NCBI RefSeq assembly: GCF_000143415.4
Contig: NW_003314268.1
Location: 604,128 to 668,127, forward strand
Reading direction: 5' to 3'
DNA length: 64,000 nt
Origin: Selaginella moellendorffii
Taxonomy: Eukaryota; Plantae; Lycopodiophyta
Position 1 is the first letter of the stretch, and the number at the start of each line of letters is the position of its first letter. This document shows, in pieces, positions 33,531-45,500 of this stretch. A program made the translations under genes and the position numbers. A model generated the notes under the pieces. That model was not told the origin of the DNA and ran no database searches. It was given only the letters and a program-made list of their open reading frames with translations.

Positions 33531-34677
33531 TGTCAGCCACAAATTTTTCCTTTCCAATTTGCCAGCTTAACTCGTCTATCCGTCCGACACTGCCTTGGCT
33601 TTTGCTAAGTTCCCTCACCAAGGTTCTCGCCTATGGTACTAACTCCTACTTGGTCCTACTTGGTTTCAACTACTCACTGCACGAGCAACAGAGTGTTAGC
33701 CATCCATTCACGGATTCCCAATCTCTCTCAATCCCCCTCCCCAGGTTAGACTGGACTTAAGGTTCGGCTACACTCCCCGCAAGCACAAGCAGCCAAGCAC
33801 ACCAAGCTTCCAGGTTCCTAACATCCCTTGGTACCATAAGACTTGATCATGGGACCCTCTAAATCCCAAGTCTTGAGTGCAACACTAGCTTCGGGACGCC
33901 GGGGCGAAACACCGTGGCCTAGCGGCCCGGTATGGGTACCTCTACCCCCCCACTTCCATCCCGAAGGAAGGCCCAAGCCCCTAGGAAGGGCGAGGACCAA
34001 TGAGCCACATGGTACTCAAGTGGGGCACCACTCCACATGAGCCGAAAGCACCGAAATCAGTTTCCCTTTCAGGAGTGGGAGCTACTCTTGAGCACTTCCT
34101 TGGATGGCCCCTCCGGCACCAACCAAGTCCATACTCACTCCCACCCAAGGCCCCTCGGTCCTAGTCTCAACCTCAAGTCGGTTTGGAAGCCCCACTGGAG
34201 AGTCCCTTCAAAACTGGTTCTTGGACCTCACTATCCTTACTATACTTTTGGAACCCCCTGCAGCCCCCCCCCCCCCTGGGAGACGCACGCTTTGGGCTTT
34301 CACCCCTTGACCCGTATTAGTATTTGGACTTAGTCTCTGGCTCGATCTCGGACTTGATTTCGGATCCGACTTTGGATTCGGTCTCGGACTCGATCTCGAC
34401 CTCGATCTCGGACCCGATCTCAGACCCGACCTCGGACTCGACCTCGGACTCGGTCTCGAACCCGATTTCGGATCTCGGACTCGGTCTCGAACTCGGTCTC
34501 GAACTCGTTCCCCGAGTCGGCCTCGGACTCGATTTCGGACTCTATCTCGAACTCGGTCTCCGAGTTGGTCTTGGACTCGATCTTTGACTTGGTCCCATCC
34601 GATGAACTCTTTGTCATTTTAGTCATGCTTTCGGGGTTTTTTTAGCCTACGACACCTCAGCGAGTTGGTTCCTTACA
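33531..34677 (-). repeat. 5' LTR of element B
   Basis: TGTAAGG...GCTGACA on the minus strand, with a GACTCGATCTCG-type array at ~34325-34590. Confidence 0.96.
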
Positions 34678-35759
34678 CTAAAGTGGGGGTATTCATATAC
34701 ACCAAACAAGCCTTACTATTGTTGAGTTGCAAAAGACTTTTGGAGCTAACTAGATTTTCCAAGATTATTCTCTATCAATAATATATACTTATTATACTTT
34801 ATATAATTAATAAAAATTATTTTTTCATTTCATTTTTTATTTCATATACTTGCACATGTTCTTTTTGCAATACTACCCATAGTACTCATGTGTCTCCATT
34901 TTTGTCTTTTACCATTTCAAAAATTATTTCATGATAGTCTTTCGGGTATGTGATATTGCAGCGTGTCATGAGAGCATATATACCATTATATTGATCATCA
35001 CCATCATTTCCATTTGAAGCTAAGAAACATATAATACATTCTTTGAAAGTCACAGAATTATAGTTTTCTAAAACAAGTAGGAGATCATTCTTTTTCACTT
35101 AATTATTTCACCCTTTGTTATTGTATTTATCTTTAACTCATAATCATTATCTTTACTATCCTCTCTTTCTTTCTCTTGTATGGTTTAGTTGTGTTATACA
35201 ATGGGATGAGTATTACAGCTTTTAGCCCTTGAATTACTACTTTGAGAAGAAAGATTGCAAGAGTTAAAATTACCAACATTAAAACCCATAAACATTTATG
35301 TGTGCTTCCCTCTTTTCGAATAACAGTGCAAATGAAGATCTATAAATTCTAGACAATATAGTATAACTAACCCTTCAAAAAAGTATTTTAAAGATGAACT
35401 AAATCTCTATTTTATATGTAACAAATGTACATAAATGGTTGTTTTTTTTCCTTTCAAATAGTTATATAGCTTTACATAGAATTTTATTTCAAAATTGATA
35501 ATTTTTAAATTCTGACAAACCTAACATTTATTAGCTAGAAAGGAGAATACAGATTTAAGGAAATGACAAGAATACTTTTCTAAAAACATCTTATTTTCTG
35601 TTTTAACAAACATCCCTATTATGGCATATAATTAATATTTAAATTGTTAGAACAAGAAGTCTATATAATATGTAGAGAGTTGTAAAATTATTAGGTTTAT
35701 TAAATTATAATTGAAAATTTAACTCAACTCACAAGCTCAACTCTTCAGCTTAGTTCACA

Positions 35760-36500
35760 CTCTTGATAGAAATGATACAATTGCTAGAAGGAATTATCAT
35801 AATCATCAACATGTCTAAATGCATATTTAAAGATGTTTAAGAGAAGGCTCCAACCTGCATGAGTGCCTACATTCAAACCATTATACCATTACAATATCAT
35901 CCTTTTAAGATATATGGGAAACTTGTGTAAATATTGGGCATCATACCAAGAATGATAGATAGCAATCACTATGACTTATCATCCTTAGAATTGGTTTGAT
36001 GATTGATATTTAAGATTTCCTTAGCCAACTAACAGAGTTAGATCTAAAACTTCTTTAATATCAAATGTAAGTTCTTAAATTTAGACTTTCTAAAAGGTCA
36101 TTAACTATTATTCAAACCCAAAAATATTTTATTTTAAGTACCCCAAAACCCTTAATTAATTGAAAAGAGGGGTCCACTCTTATTCATATACCCTCTATAT
36201 TTAAACTTTTATGAATCATTTCTCAAATTATTCTTTCTAGTTGTTTATAAATTAGTAATAAAAGTAGGAGGGGCTACACCATATACCATGAATATTACTA
36301 TCAATTGAGTTTAATTATTTAATTACATCCATATAACATTAAACAATTACATTAATTGTTACTCTAGATTCAAAGGATGAGAAAGTTGTTACTCATTTAT
36401 TAATGTGAATGTATGAAATACAGAAAACACGTATATTTGATTAGTCCAAAAATCCCACTATGCATCATTGTTATACATTTGGCCCTCATATTATGAATTT
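35760..36500. repeat. Dispersed degenerate repeat, direct homolog at ~48600-49320
   Basis: tgatagaaatgatacaattgctagaaggaattatcataatcatcaacatgtc vs tgatagagataatgcaatcactgaaaggcatcatcataatcattagcatgtc, plus further colinear blocks. Confidence 0.6.
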
Positions 36501-37316
36501 TTTAAGATTTAAATTTTAAATAATAGCATTCTACTAATACACTATTATTCACATGGACTTGTATGTGTAGCACATTTAGATATAGGATTTAGGTATTTAG
36601 AAGTATTTTTGCTATTTATTATATAATAATAAATTACAATAATTTTGTAATGTAAGAGTAGTATCTTCAAAATAATATTTAGTTCCACAGTAAGTATTTT
36701 GAGACTATATAGGTTTACTATCTCCAGAATATAATACTAAATTTTCATCTAATTGTAATCTTAAAATACAACTTTTGCCTCTGCTGTTTGTGTGGACTAT
36801 TTATTTATATTTTCAATATAATGTTAAATCACAATTTTCTTTTAGAGATATAATAAACAATCCTGTTTGTAAATATTGATGAGGCATATTAAAGTATCCA
36901 CCCACTAAAAAAACTTAAATAAACAAAACAAATATATAAATAATTATAAACTCCATCAGTGCTATGATACCATCATTGCTTATTGCAAGGGGTCAGCATA
37001 TGTTTGGTACTTTGCTACTGGTAGATGATGGCTTTTATGATTATTTAAACGTTGGTCTTAGTATTTGGGTTTATATTCAATTGAAAATAATTTTGCAAAT
37101 TGTGCTGCTAATCCTAATGGAGATCTTGATAATTGGGATACTGTTAGACAAGCATTAGAAACATTGTTACAAGGATCACAGCATTATCAGAACATTCTTC
37201 AACAACATTTTGTTAGGTTCCAAACCTTTAGCAAATTTCATTTTTCTTTACAAAAAGCTTTAATAAAATGCAAATATTTCGCACTTTTTGAATTTGTCCA
37301 TTACCGAAAAGTGTAT

Positions 37317-39287
37317 CTACAGTGATGAACAAATGTTTGAGAGCAAAACATAGGAAGAAGTTATTGTCGACGACGTTGAGTCTAAGGCCCTCTCTCCAGC
37401 TCTAGTCCCCCTCTCGAAATCGTCGTGAGTTTTACAAGCTCCCAGCAAAATCCCCCACACAACTTCACTGGCTGGTGAAGGCATGTCTCTCGCGACGTCC
37501 TCGGCCTCTTTCAATCTCCCCGTTCTTCCAAGCAAATCGATCATCGCTCCAAAGTGTTCCTTCTCTGGCCTCAAACCATAGTCCTCAGCCATGGACACAA
37601 AGTATTTCACACCATCTTCCACCATTCCTGCATGGCTGCACGCTGTTAAGACGTGCAAGTAAGATCCTTCCTCTTGCTTCACACCTTCCAGATCCATCTC
37701 ACGGAAAAGCTCGATCGCGCAGGCTCCCCGCGCTCCATTGACATAAGCAGCGAGCATGACGTTCCAGCAGTAAGCATCTGGCCTCGAGATCTTGTGGAAA
37801 ACTCTTCTTGCTTCGTCGAGATCTCCCTGCTGAGCGTGTCCTGCAACCAAAGTCCACAACACAGACGATGGATTTGGCATCTGTTCTATCAAAGTCTTCA
37901 CCTCGTTGGTTGTTCCGTGTCTGTGGTTAGCCACCACGATCGCATTCCAGGACGCTAGATCCCTCTCGGGCATTGCATCAAAGAGCTCCTCAGCTTGGAC
38001 GAGATTTCCACTCTGGTCGCACACCGAGATCATGGAATTCCACGAGAGAACGTTGGTCATCGGCATTAGATCGAAGGCTTGCTTACCTTGCTGGAGATCG
38101 CCAAGCTGAGCGTAAGCTTGGACCAAAGCCGTCCACGAGATAACGTTTCTCTCCGGCATAGTATCAAACATTGACTTGGCCTGTTCGACCTCTCCATTTC
38201 GCGAGAAAGCCACCATGAGAGCCGTGGAGGAGACCACGTCTTGCTCGGGCATCTTGTCAAAGGCCTCTTTTGCTTCCAAAAGGTGGCCCTTCTGTGAGGC
38301 CGAGATCACTGCAGTGAACAAACGAGCATTGTGAGCATAGGAGGAATCAAAAACAAGTTTGGCCTGTTCGAAGTCCTCGCAGTCCGAGTGAGCCTGGCAG
38401 AGAGTCGTCCATGAGACCACATTCCACTGCGGCATTTTGTCGAAGGCACACTGTGTTTTCGCGATGTCGCCACCTTGAGCGCAGGCAGCCACCAATGAGT
38501 TCCAAGTCACCACGTTTCGCTCCGGGAGATCGCGGAAGAGGCTCTCGGCGGCAGCGAGTTCCCCATTCTGGCCTAGAACAGCAACGAGCGAGTTAAACGA
38601 AATAGCGTCATGCATTGGCATTCTCTGGAAAAAACTCACCACCTTTTCGGAGCTCACGAACTCGGCCGAGGATGAAACCACCGTCGTCCAGCTTACCACG
38701 CTTCGCTCTGGCATGCCATCAAAAAACTCTTTGCAAGACTCGAAATCGCCGGACTGGGCATTTGCAGCTAGCATGGAGTTCCAAGTCACAACGTTTCGCC
38801 GGGGGGATCTCTCAAACACCACGGCCGCTTCGTCAAGCTTCCCATTCTCTTGAAATCCTTGCACCATGGCGCTCCAGGTAATAACATCGCGAGACTCCAT
38901 CTCATCAAAGAGAGACTTCGCTTCTTCCAGATGCCCCTTGTGGGTATAGGCCGAGAGGAGCGCGTTGCAAGCGATTGGATCGTGGAAGGGCATCCTGCGC
39001 GAAAGATCCCTGGCCTGATCCACGCACCTGTTGTGGCAATAGCTCGCCAGCATGATCGTCCACGAGAAGAGGTTCCTGCGCGGCATGGAATCGAAGACGC
39101 CCCGCGCGGCGTCGGCGCTGCCGCATTTGCCATACATGTCGACGAGGAGATTGCCGAGCAAGGGATCGCCGCTGAGCAGCGCGCTGGATCGGATGCGCCA
39201 GTGGAGGCGCGCGCCCTCGCCCACATCCCTCGCAGCGCTGCATTCGCGAAGAGCCCTAATCAAAACCTCCTTCTCCGGGTTCCACAT
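37317..39287 (-). CDS. PLS-class pentatricopeptide repeat protein with E domain (likely organellar RNA editing factor)
   Basis: Intronless ORF with tandem 31-aa S-type repeats (FDxMPERNVVSW) and an E domain (HFGAMIDLLGRTG...WGILLGACKTH...YVLLSNI). First ATG at 39287. Confidence 0.92.
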   Translation of the reverse strand: MWNPEKEVLIRALRECSAARDVGEGARLHWRIRSSALLSGDPLLGNLLVDMYGKCGSADAARGVFDSMPRRNLFSWTIMLASYCHNRCVDQARDLSRRMPFHDPIACNALLSAYTHKGHLEEAKSLFDEMESRDVITWSAMVQGFQENGKLDEAAVVFERSPRRNVVTWNSMLAANAQSGDFESCKEFFDGMPERSVVSWTTVVSSSAEFVSSEKVVSFFQRMPMHDAISFNSLVAVLGQNGELAAAESLFRDLPERNVVTWNSLVAACAQGGDIAKTQCAFDKMPQWNVVSWTTLCQAHSDCEDFEQAKLVFDSSYAHNARLFTAVISASQKGHLLEAKEAFDKMPEQDVVSSTALMVAFSRNGEVEQAKSMFDTMPERNVISWTALVQAYAQLGDLQQGKQAFDLMPMTNVLSWNSMISVCDQSGNLVQAEELFDAMPERDLASWNAIVVANHRHGTTNEVKTLIEQMPNPSSVLWTLVAGHAQQGDLDEARRVFHKISRPDAYCWNVMLAAYVNGARGACAIELFREMDLEGVKQEEGSYLHVLTACSHAGMVEDGVKYFVSMAEDYGLRPEKEHFGAMIDLLGRTGRLKEAEDVARDMPSPASEVVWGILLGACKTHDDFERGTRAGERALDSTSSTITSSYVLLSNICSSL

Positions 39288-39288
39288 A

Positions 39289-39372
39289 CCGTACAAAGTA
39301 GTCGTTTCGACCGTACAATCTAACTACCGTACAAAGTAGTTATTTTTAACCGTACGACCTACCTGCCGTACA
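39289..39372. promoter_or_regulatory. Array of five CCGTAC copper-response (SBP/SPL7-type) elements
   Basis: CCGTAC at 39289, 39311, 39327, 39350 and 39366, upstream of TATA (ctataaaata, ~39457) and the COPT gene. Confidence 0.8.
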
Positions 39373-39503
39373 AAGCTTAAAGGTTGTGGACCACGTGGAC
39401 CATATCCTTGTCCTTGGAAAGGAATTTCTCCACAAGGCAAGAAAAGGTTGGGTTAGCTATAAAATAGGTGTTCTTGAGGGGAGAGAAGAGAGAAAGGAAA
39501 AGC

Positions 39504-39965
39504 ATGGATCATATGGCGATGGCGCCCATGAGCTTCTTCTGGCACATCAAATTCACGCTCCTCTTCCCCGGCTGGGTGCCCGACACTCCACTCCTCTACG
39601 CGCTCACGCTCATCTTCGCCGTGGTGTTCGCGATCGCCCACGAATGGATCGCCGCCAAGCGCTCGACCATCCTCGCCCCCTCGCCCTCGCCCAACGCCTA
39701 TTCCGCGCCGGATTTGGAGAAGGGAGCCAGCAGCGACGAGGATCCCGCGAGAAATCCTCCCAAGTCTATCGTGGCGATTGTGCTCGCGGTGGTGATCCAC
39801 GGCGCCTATGTGATCACGAGCTACTTGCTGATGATGATGGTGATGACTTTCAACGCTGGGATCTTCATCGCGGTCATGGTAGGATTGTGTATCGGATTCC
39901 TTTTCTTCAAGCTTCTGCCAAATCGACCGAGGATTTCTTCCACCGCGCCCGGATCCTCTGTTTAG
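39504..39965 (+). CDS. COPT: Ctr/COPT-family copper transporter
   Basis: Met/His N-terminus MDHMAMAPMSFFW, LLFPGW, three hydrophobic segments, YLLMMMVMTFN (MxxxM) and GLCIG (GxxxG). Confidence 0.93.
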   Translation: MDHMAMAPMSFFWHIKFTLLFPGWVPDTPLLYALTLIFAVVFAIAHEWIAAKRSTILAPSPSPNAYSAPDLEKGASSDEDPARNPPKSIVAIVLAVVIHGAYVITSYLLMMMVMTFNAGIFIAVMVGLCIGFLFFKLLPNRPRISSTAPGSSV

Positions 39966-40484
39966 AGGGAACGCTGTTATATTTGTAAAGCTCCTATCAT
40001 CAATCAATGGTTGCTTTGATTTATCCTGGCCGTTGGGTAAATTCCCAGAGATTCCGAATCGACGGCGCCGCGCCGCGCGGCTCCTACTGTGTATGGCGGA
40101 AAGGGAGAGGTTTTATTTTCTCGCTTTGATTTGTGGCCGAGGGCTCGGCGGCACGGCACGGCGCGGTAGAGGTGAGTGACGATTTTGCGGCACGGCCGTG
40201 GCGCGGGAATGATAATCCGTGCTCGCGCTTGCTTCTTGCTAGCATCTTGGGGCGCGATTCGAGCTGATTGAGTGGCGGATTAGGGTTTACGCGCTCGGGG
40301 AGCCCGGATTTCGTCCACTCGCAGGTAGAGCTCTCCCTCTAAGGATCCGAGGAATCACACCATTTTCTTGCTTTGGCAGTGATCGCTCCCAAAGAGCTAC
40401 TCAGGTAAGCGGTTGGTTACTTTAACTGGGAGTTTTGGTGTTGATACGTGTGTTTTCTCTCGTTTTGGTTCTCTTATTAGTGTC

Positions 40485-41885
40485 ATGTCTCGTCACGCTG
40501 ACTCGGATGATTCGTCCAACGAGGGCAGTGGGACTGACTCGGAGGAGGACCAGAAGCCCGACGAGATGTCGTCCCGCTCGGAGGGTTCGTCCGAGTCCGA
40601 CTCTGGGGACGAGACCGAGGAGACCGAATCGCGGTACATGGTCCAGAAGAATGATCCTGGCGACAAGAGAACTCGCGAGGATCTAGCCGCTGTGGAGCCG
40701 GCGGCCAAGAAGTTGAAAACTCTGGGAGGAGGAGGAGTGAGGCCGACTATACCCACGAAGTCTGACTCCCAGATTAAAACTCTGCCGGCGAACAGGACCG
40801 TGGCGACTGCGAAGACTCCTCCCGTCAAGAAGCCTGTGGATCCACTGCCGAAGAAGCCGGGAGAAGCGCAGGCCAAGAAGAAAGAGCCAGAGAAGGAGCC
40901 AACGCCGAAAAAGACTCCACAGAATTGGTCGAGCGAGGACGAGATCGAGCTCATCTCCCGGATCTTGAGCGACATGAAGACGGGGATCCGGCCACCCAAA
41001 CGAGGCTCCCGGGGTGACAACTATCACTACTGGGGTGATCTTCTCGAGGCTTGCCGGAGTAAGTTCATCACGGACTGGTCCAAGGAGCAGCTCTACGACA
41101 AGTACAGGCGGATAAAGATGCGGTACGACGAGATGGTTAAGAAGGAGAGGAGCGAGGGGATTACTGCTTTGAAGTTCAAGAATCCGGGAGAAGAGAAGGT
41201 GTACAAGCTCTGGAAGGAGATATACGACATGCAGGAGCAGGAGGAGTCAGAGCCACCATCGGCTGTGAAGCCAGACGCGAACAAGAAGACGAGAACTCCG
41301 CCACCTCTCAAGAGCAGCGAAGATGACACCAAGAAAGACGTTGCGTCCACGTCCAAGAAGCCGAAGCCTCCTGCTGCTGCTGCAAGGCAAGAGCCAAAGC
41401 AGAACGGGAGCGTCAGCGAGCAACGACAGCAGCAGCAGCAGCCGCAGAGCCCGCCGCCGCCCCAAGCCGAGAGGAATCTCACGGTGGCGGCTATGAACGA
41501 GCTGCAAAAGAAGAGCAACGCGGCTCTCTCGGAGATGCAAGGCAAGATCGACGAGATCATGAACGACTTCCATGCGAGGAGCCAGGGGATGGTCCAGGAG
41601 GCAGTGAAAGGTGCCGGGGGGAAAGCGGAGTGGCTTAACGAGTGGCTGACTTTCTCCATGGCCCGGGGCAGCGCCACTCCCTTTTTTGGCATGGAGATGC
41701 TGGGAGGCATTGGAACGGGATGGATTGGAGGCCCGTGGGATGGATCGAGCCCGACTGCCATGAAACTCAAGGAACACTGGCTCAAGCAACAGGAGGACGA
41801 GCTTAGAGTGATGGAGCAGCGAGTTCGGCTGTTGCAGGATCTATGCCGCCACCAGCAGGAGCTGCTCAAGGCACGGGGTCACTAG
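40485..41885 (+). CDS. GeBP/STOREKEEPER-like (DUF573) DNA-binding protein
   Basis: WSSEDEIELI...QLYDKYRRIKMRY...FKNPGEEKVYKLWKEIY with an acidic N-terminus and a C-terminal coiled coil. ATG at 40485 follows a 5' UTR intron acceptor; telo-box at ~40281. Confidence 0.8.
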   Translation: MSRHADSDDSSNEGSGTDSEEDQKPDEMSSRSEGSSESDSGDETEETESRYMVQKNDPGDKRTREDLAAVEPAAKKLKTLGGGGVRPTIPTKSDSQIKTLPANRTVATAKTPPVKKPVDPLPKKPGEAQAKKKEPEKEPTPKKTPQNWSSEDEIELISRILSDMKTGIRPPKRGSRGDNYHYWGDLLEACRSKFITDWSKEQLYDKYRRIKMRYDEMVKKERSEGITALKFKNPGEEKVYKLWKEIYDMQEQEESEPPSAVKPDANKKTRTPPPLKSSEDDTKKDVASTSKKPKPPAAAARQEPKQNGSVSEQRQQQQQPQSPPPPQAERNLTVAAMNELQKKSNAALSEMQGKIDEIMNDFHARSQGMVQEAVKGAGGKAEWLNEWLTFSMARGSATPFFGMEMLGGIGTGWIGGPWDGSSPTAMKLKEHWLKQQEDELRVMEQRVRLLQDLCRHQQELLKARGH

Positions 41886-42059
41886 ATTTCGCGCGAGAAA
41901 AAATTCGTGGAGCAAAGACAAGAAGAAAGAGGTAACACAGATTCTGTTATATTTATTTTTCCTTCTTTCGTAGCCTTAGGAAGCACAGGCATGGTGTGTG
42001 ATTCTTTGTTTTTTTTTTCTTCCTTTTAATGTTGTTTCAAGCATGTTTCAGTTTCGTAG

Positions 42060-43772
42060 ATGGTCTCTAGCGTCGTGCCGAGGAGCAAGCTGATCGAGAG
42101 TATTCGGTCGTGCAAGGAGGGCGTGGAAGCCAAGAAGCTCCACGACCAGGTTCTCGCCAGTGGCTTCTCCCAGGTTCGCTTCTTTGGGAACCTCTTGATT
42201 CACATGTACGGCAGGCTGGGAGAACTCGTCCAGGCACGTTCGATCTTCGACAGCATCCGTGATCCCTGTGTCTACTCTTGGGGGAGTATAACTTCGGCTT
42301 ACATTTCCAATGGCCAGCTCCAGGAGGCCAGGAAGATCTTCGCCAGAGCACCGCTCAAGAACTTGGTCAGCTGGACGAGCATGGTCCAGGGGAATGCCAG
42401 GCACGGAGACATGGAGGAGGCCAAGAGGCTGTTCGAGAGGATGCCCGAGTGGGATATCGTGCTGTGGGGGGTGATGTTGGCGGGGTATGCCCAGAGAGGG
42501 TATATGGACCAGGCGGAGTTTTTCTTCGAAGAGATGCCGGAGAGGAACTCGGTGGCTTGGAACATCATGGTGGCTGGCTACGCGCAGAATGATCTCCTGG
42601 AGAAGGCCAAGGCTCTCTTCGATCGGATGCCCGAGTGGGACGTTGTCTCGTGCTCGACGATGCTCCAGGTGTTTGCCGAGAATGGCCAGTTTGTGGAGGC
42701 CAAGAGGACGTTTGATAGCTCACCCGAGAGGAACGTTTTCTCCTGGACGGAGATGCTGGGGGCTCTCGCAAACCAGGGGAAAGTTGACGAGGCCCAGGAG
42801 GTTTTCGACCGGATGCCGCAGTGGAACGTTGTGACGCTCAACTCGATGCTGGCAGCGAATGCGCAGAATGGGTATCTGGATCAGGCCAAGGCTATGTTCG
42901 ATCGGATGCAAGAGAGGACAGCCGTCTCGTGGAACTCGATGATCACGGCTTATGGTCAGAACGGCTGCATCGACATGGCTCGAGAGACTTTCGACAATCT
43001 CCCAGGCAGGAACGACGCGTCATGGTCAGGCTTGATCGCGGCTTTCGCGCAGAACGGGCTTCTGGACGAAGCCAACCGGGTTTTCGAGAGGATGCCGCAG
43101 TGGACTTCCATCGCCTGGAACGCGATCGCGGCAGGGACTGCGCAAAACGGCAGGGTGGAAGCGGCGATGGATCTCTTTGGCAAGATGGCCGGGAAGAACT
43201 CGGTGTCGTGGAACTCGATGATCGCGGGGAACGCTCACAATGGGCAGCTCGAGCAGGCAAAGTCGATGTTCGACAAGATGCCGCAGCGAACGATGCTCTC
43301 GTGGAACTCCATGGTGGCGGGGTTTGCTCACTTTGGACAGGGACGAGAGGCGCTAGAGCTCTTCCACGCCATGGCCTTGGAAGGGATCAAACAGGACGAG
43401 ATCGCCTTCGTTAACGTTCTCGTCGCGTGTAGTCGGATTGGGTGTGTGGATCGAGGGTGGCAGTACTTCGAGTCGATCACCCGCGACCACGGGTTGAATC
43501 TCACGGCCGATCACTGCGGTTGCATGGTGGACGTGCTTGCGAGGGCCGGGAAGCTGGAGGACGCCGAGGAGATGCTGGGCAAGATGCCGCGGACGAGGAG
43601 CGAGGGGGCGTGGGGGAGCTTGCTGGGAGCTTGTCGGACGCACTGGGATCTAAGCACTGCGTCGCGGGCAGCGCAGGAGTTTGCGTGGTTGAAACCCGAG
43701 AGAGCTTTCTCGTATATCATGCTCGCAAATGTTTGCTCTTCGGAATCAAAAGGTGGCAGAGGTTTCGCTTAA
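42060..43772 (+). CDS. PLS-class pentatricopeptide repeat protein with E domain
   Basis: Tandem FERMPExxxVSW repeats and an E domain (HCGCMVDVLARAG...WGSLLGACRTH...SYIMLANV). Confidence 0.93.
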   Translation: MVSSVVPRSKLIESIRSCKEGVEAKKLHDQVLASGFSQVRFFGNLLIHMYGRLGELVQARSIFDSIRDPCVYSWGSITSAYISNGQLQEARKIFARAPLKNLVSWTSMVQGNARHGDMEEAKRLFERMPEWDIVLWGVMLAGYAQRGYMDQAEFFFEEMPERNSVAWNIMVAGYAQNDLLEKAKALFDRMPEWDVVSCSTMLQVFAENGQFVEAKRTFDSSPERNVFSWTEMLGALANQGKVDEAQEVFDRMPQWNVVTLNSMLAANAQNGYLDQAKAMFDRMQERTAVSWNSMITAYGQNGCIDMARETFDNLPGRNDASWSGLIAAFAQNGLLDEANRVFERMPQWTSIAWNAIAAGTAQNGRVEAAMDLFGKMAGKNSVSWNSMIAGNAHNGQLEQAKSMFDKMPQRTMLSWNSMVAGFAHFGQGREALELFHAMALEGIKQDEIAFVNVLVACSRIGCVDRGWQYFESITRDHGLNLTADHCGCMVDVLARAGKLEDAEEMLGKMPRTRSEGAWGSLLGACRTHWDLSTASRAAQEFAWLKPERAFSYIMLANVCSSESKGGRGFA

Positions 43773-43969
43773 TGTACTATTATCTTAGCACTGCTTGATT
43801 GAATGATCACAAAAGTATTTCTAGGATCATGACTTTGAATAAAGCTTTTTGACTTTATGATTCATATGTGTGACTTGTTTCTTTCCACTTAGTAAAGTTT
43901 CAAAGCCTTTTACCATTATAAATATAAACTTTATTTAAATTAGCATCTGTTATTATAAAATATACACCT

Positions 43970-45500
43970 TTAGACAAGGGTATATGCATGTTTAGGCAGA
44001 CGCATAGTGGCCACGGCCTCTAGAGGGGTTTTAAGCTGACAAGCTCCAGTGGGAGTTTCTTCCATGGATGGCACTGTCCCTGGAACGTAGCTCCAGTCAA
44101 AACCATGCACAAGGTTTGCCACTAGAAAGTGTACTGTTCTCAATCCCAGTGGCATCCCAGGGCACTTCCGACGTCCACAGCCAAACGGGAGGAGATTAAA
44201 ATCCTGGACGCCTTTAACGTCAGTAGAGCCCACGAAGCGCTCTGGGAGAAACTCGGTGGGGTTCTCCCACACGCTGGGATCCATTCCCAGAGCCCATGCA
44301 TGTAGGAGTAGCGTTGTTCCTTTGGGGATATCGTAGCCTCCAATCTTGGTGTCTTGGCTCGCAATGCGGGGGCTCAAGAGTATACCGGCAGGATATCGGC
44401 GGAACGTTTCCTTGATGATCATTTGGAAATACTCGAGCTTTGGAAGATCGGACTCTTGGACCATCCTAGAGTCTCCCACAACTTGTTGGAGCTCCTCTTG
44501 AGCCTTTCTCATGACTCGGGGATTCTCCATCATCGCAGCCAGCATCCACTCGCATATAATTCTCGTCGCATCAGTTCCAGCAGAGATCATCTCCTATATT
44601 GATTAAACTTCAGTACTTCAGCATAAAGAGATTCTATTTACTTACAATCAGATTTGCTTTCACTTGAGTTTCCTTCTCTGGTCCGTAAAACTGGAGCATA
44701 ATATCGAGGAAATCCTTGTTCTCTCGTGTGCTATGCTTGTGCTCCTCAACAATTTTCTGTATAAATCTGTCTTGACTGGCATGAACTTGCTTGTAGTAAG
44801 GAAGCTCCCAATCCATCCATCTTAAATACCAAGGAACAAAATTACTGAAAGAGGGCTTGAATATGAAATCCAGTACTTGCATAGCCACCTCCTTGAATTC
44901 TACAGTTTCTGGATCCATTGGACCATTGTGATATTCAAAATATCTCTTACTTATCAGATTCTGGGTTATAGTGTTGAATATAAACGTGGATATGATACTC
45001 CTCACATTTACACTATCAGATTTAAGTACAAGTGCATCAAGTAGACTAGCGAGTTCCTTGCTTCTCATCCAGGAAAATGAATCAATAGCCTTAGTAGTCA
45101 ATAATTCCATTGTACACAGCTTCCGGGAATTTTTATAATCTTCGCCATATGGACAAGTTCCTAATCCCATAAAATTGTAGCCAATGTATTCACCCGCAAC
45201 TAAGTAAGGCTTTGAAGAGAAATTATTATCTTGTGTAGTGAATAACTCTCTCATCAAACTTGAGCTTGAAATGAGAGCAGTAGGAACCATCCCAAACCTT
45301 AAGGACACAATGGGCCCATATTTGTCAGAGAGTGCTTGAAACACTTTGTGCTGGGGTTTCCCTCCAGTAAATAAGTGAAGATGGCCAATCAGAGGAAATC
45401 CCCATGGGCCCGGTGGAAGATTCAAACGAAATTTAGCACTAGAGTTCCATAAAAATAATAGAATTAAGAGGCAGCCAGCAGTAATAGTGACAAGATCCAT
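43970..45500 (-). CDS. Cytochrome P450, A-type/CYP71 clan; exons 45500-44646 and 44593-43970
   Basis: LPPGPWGFPLIGHLH, AGTDAT, KETFR, FLPERF and heme motif PFGCGRRKCPG. One phase-0 52-bp GT-AG intron at 44645-44594. Confidence 0.93.

Larger units (their letters stand above)
20506..34677 (-). mobile_element. Full-length Ty3/Gypsy chromovirus (element B) with TSD CTAAA and nested element A
   Basis: Paired LTRs, CTAAA at 20501-20505 and 34678-34682, PBS, PPT, and domain order gag-PR-RT-RH-IN-chromodomain. Confidence 0.96.

Noticed and set aside
34236-34330. Hammerhead ribozyme (retrozyme) in the shared LTR core
   Set aside because: GAAA is present, but no correctly placed CUGANGA box or three-stem junction was found by eye.
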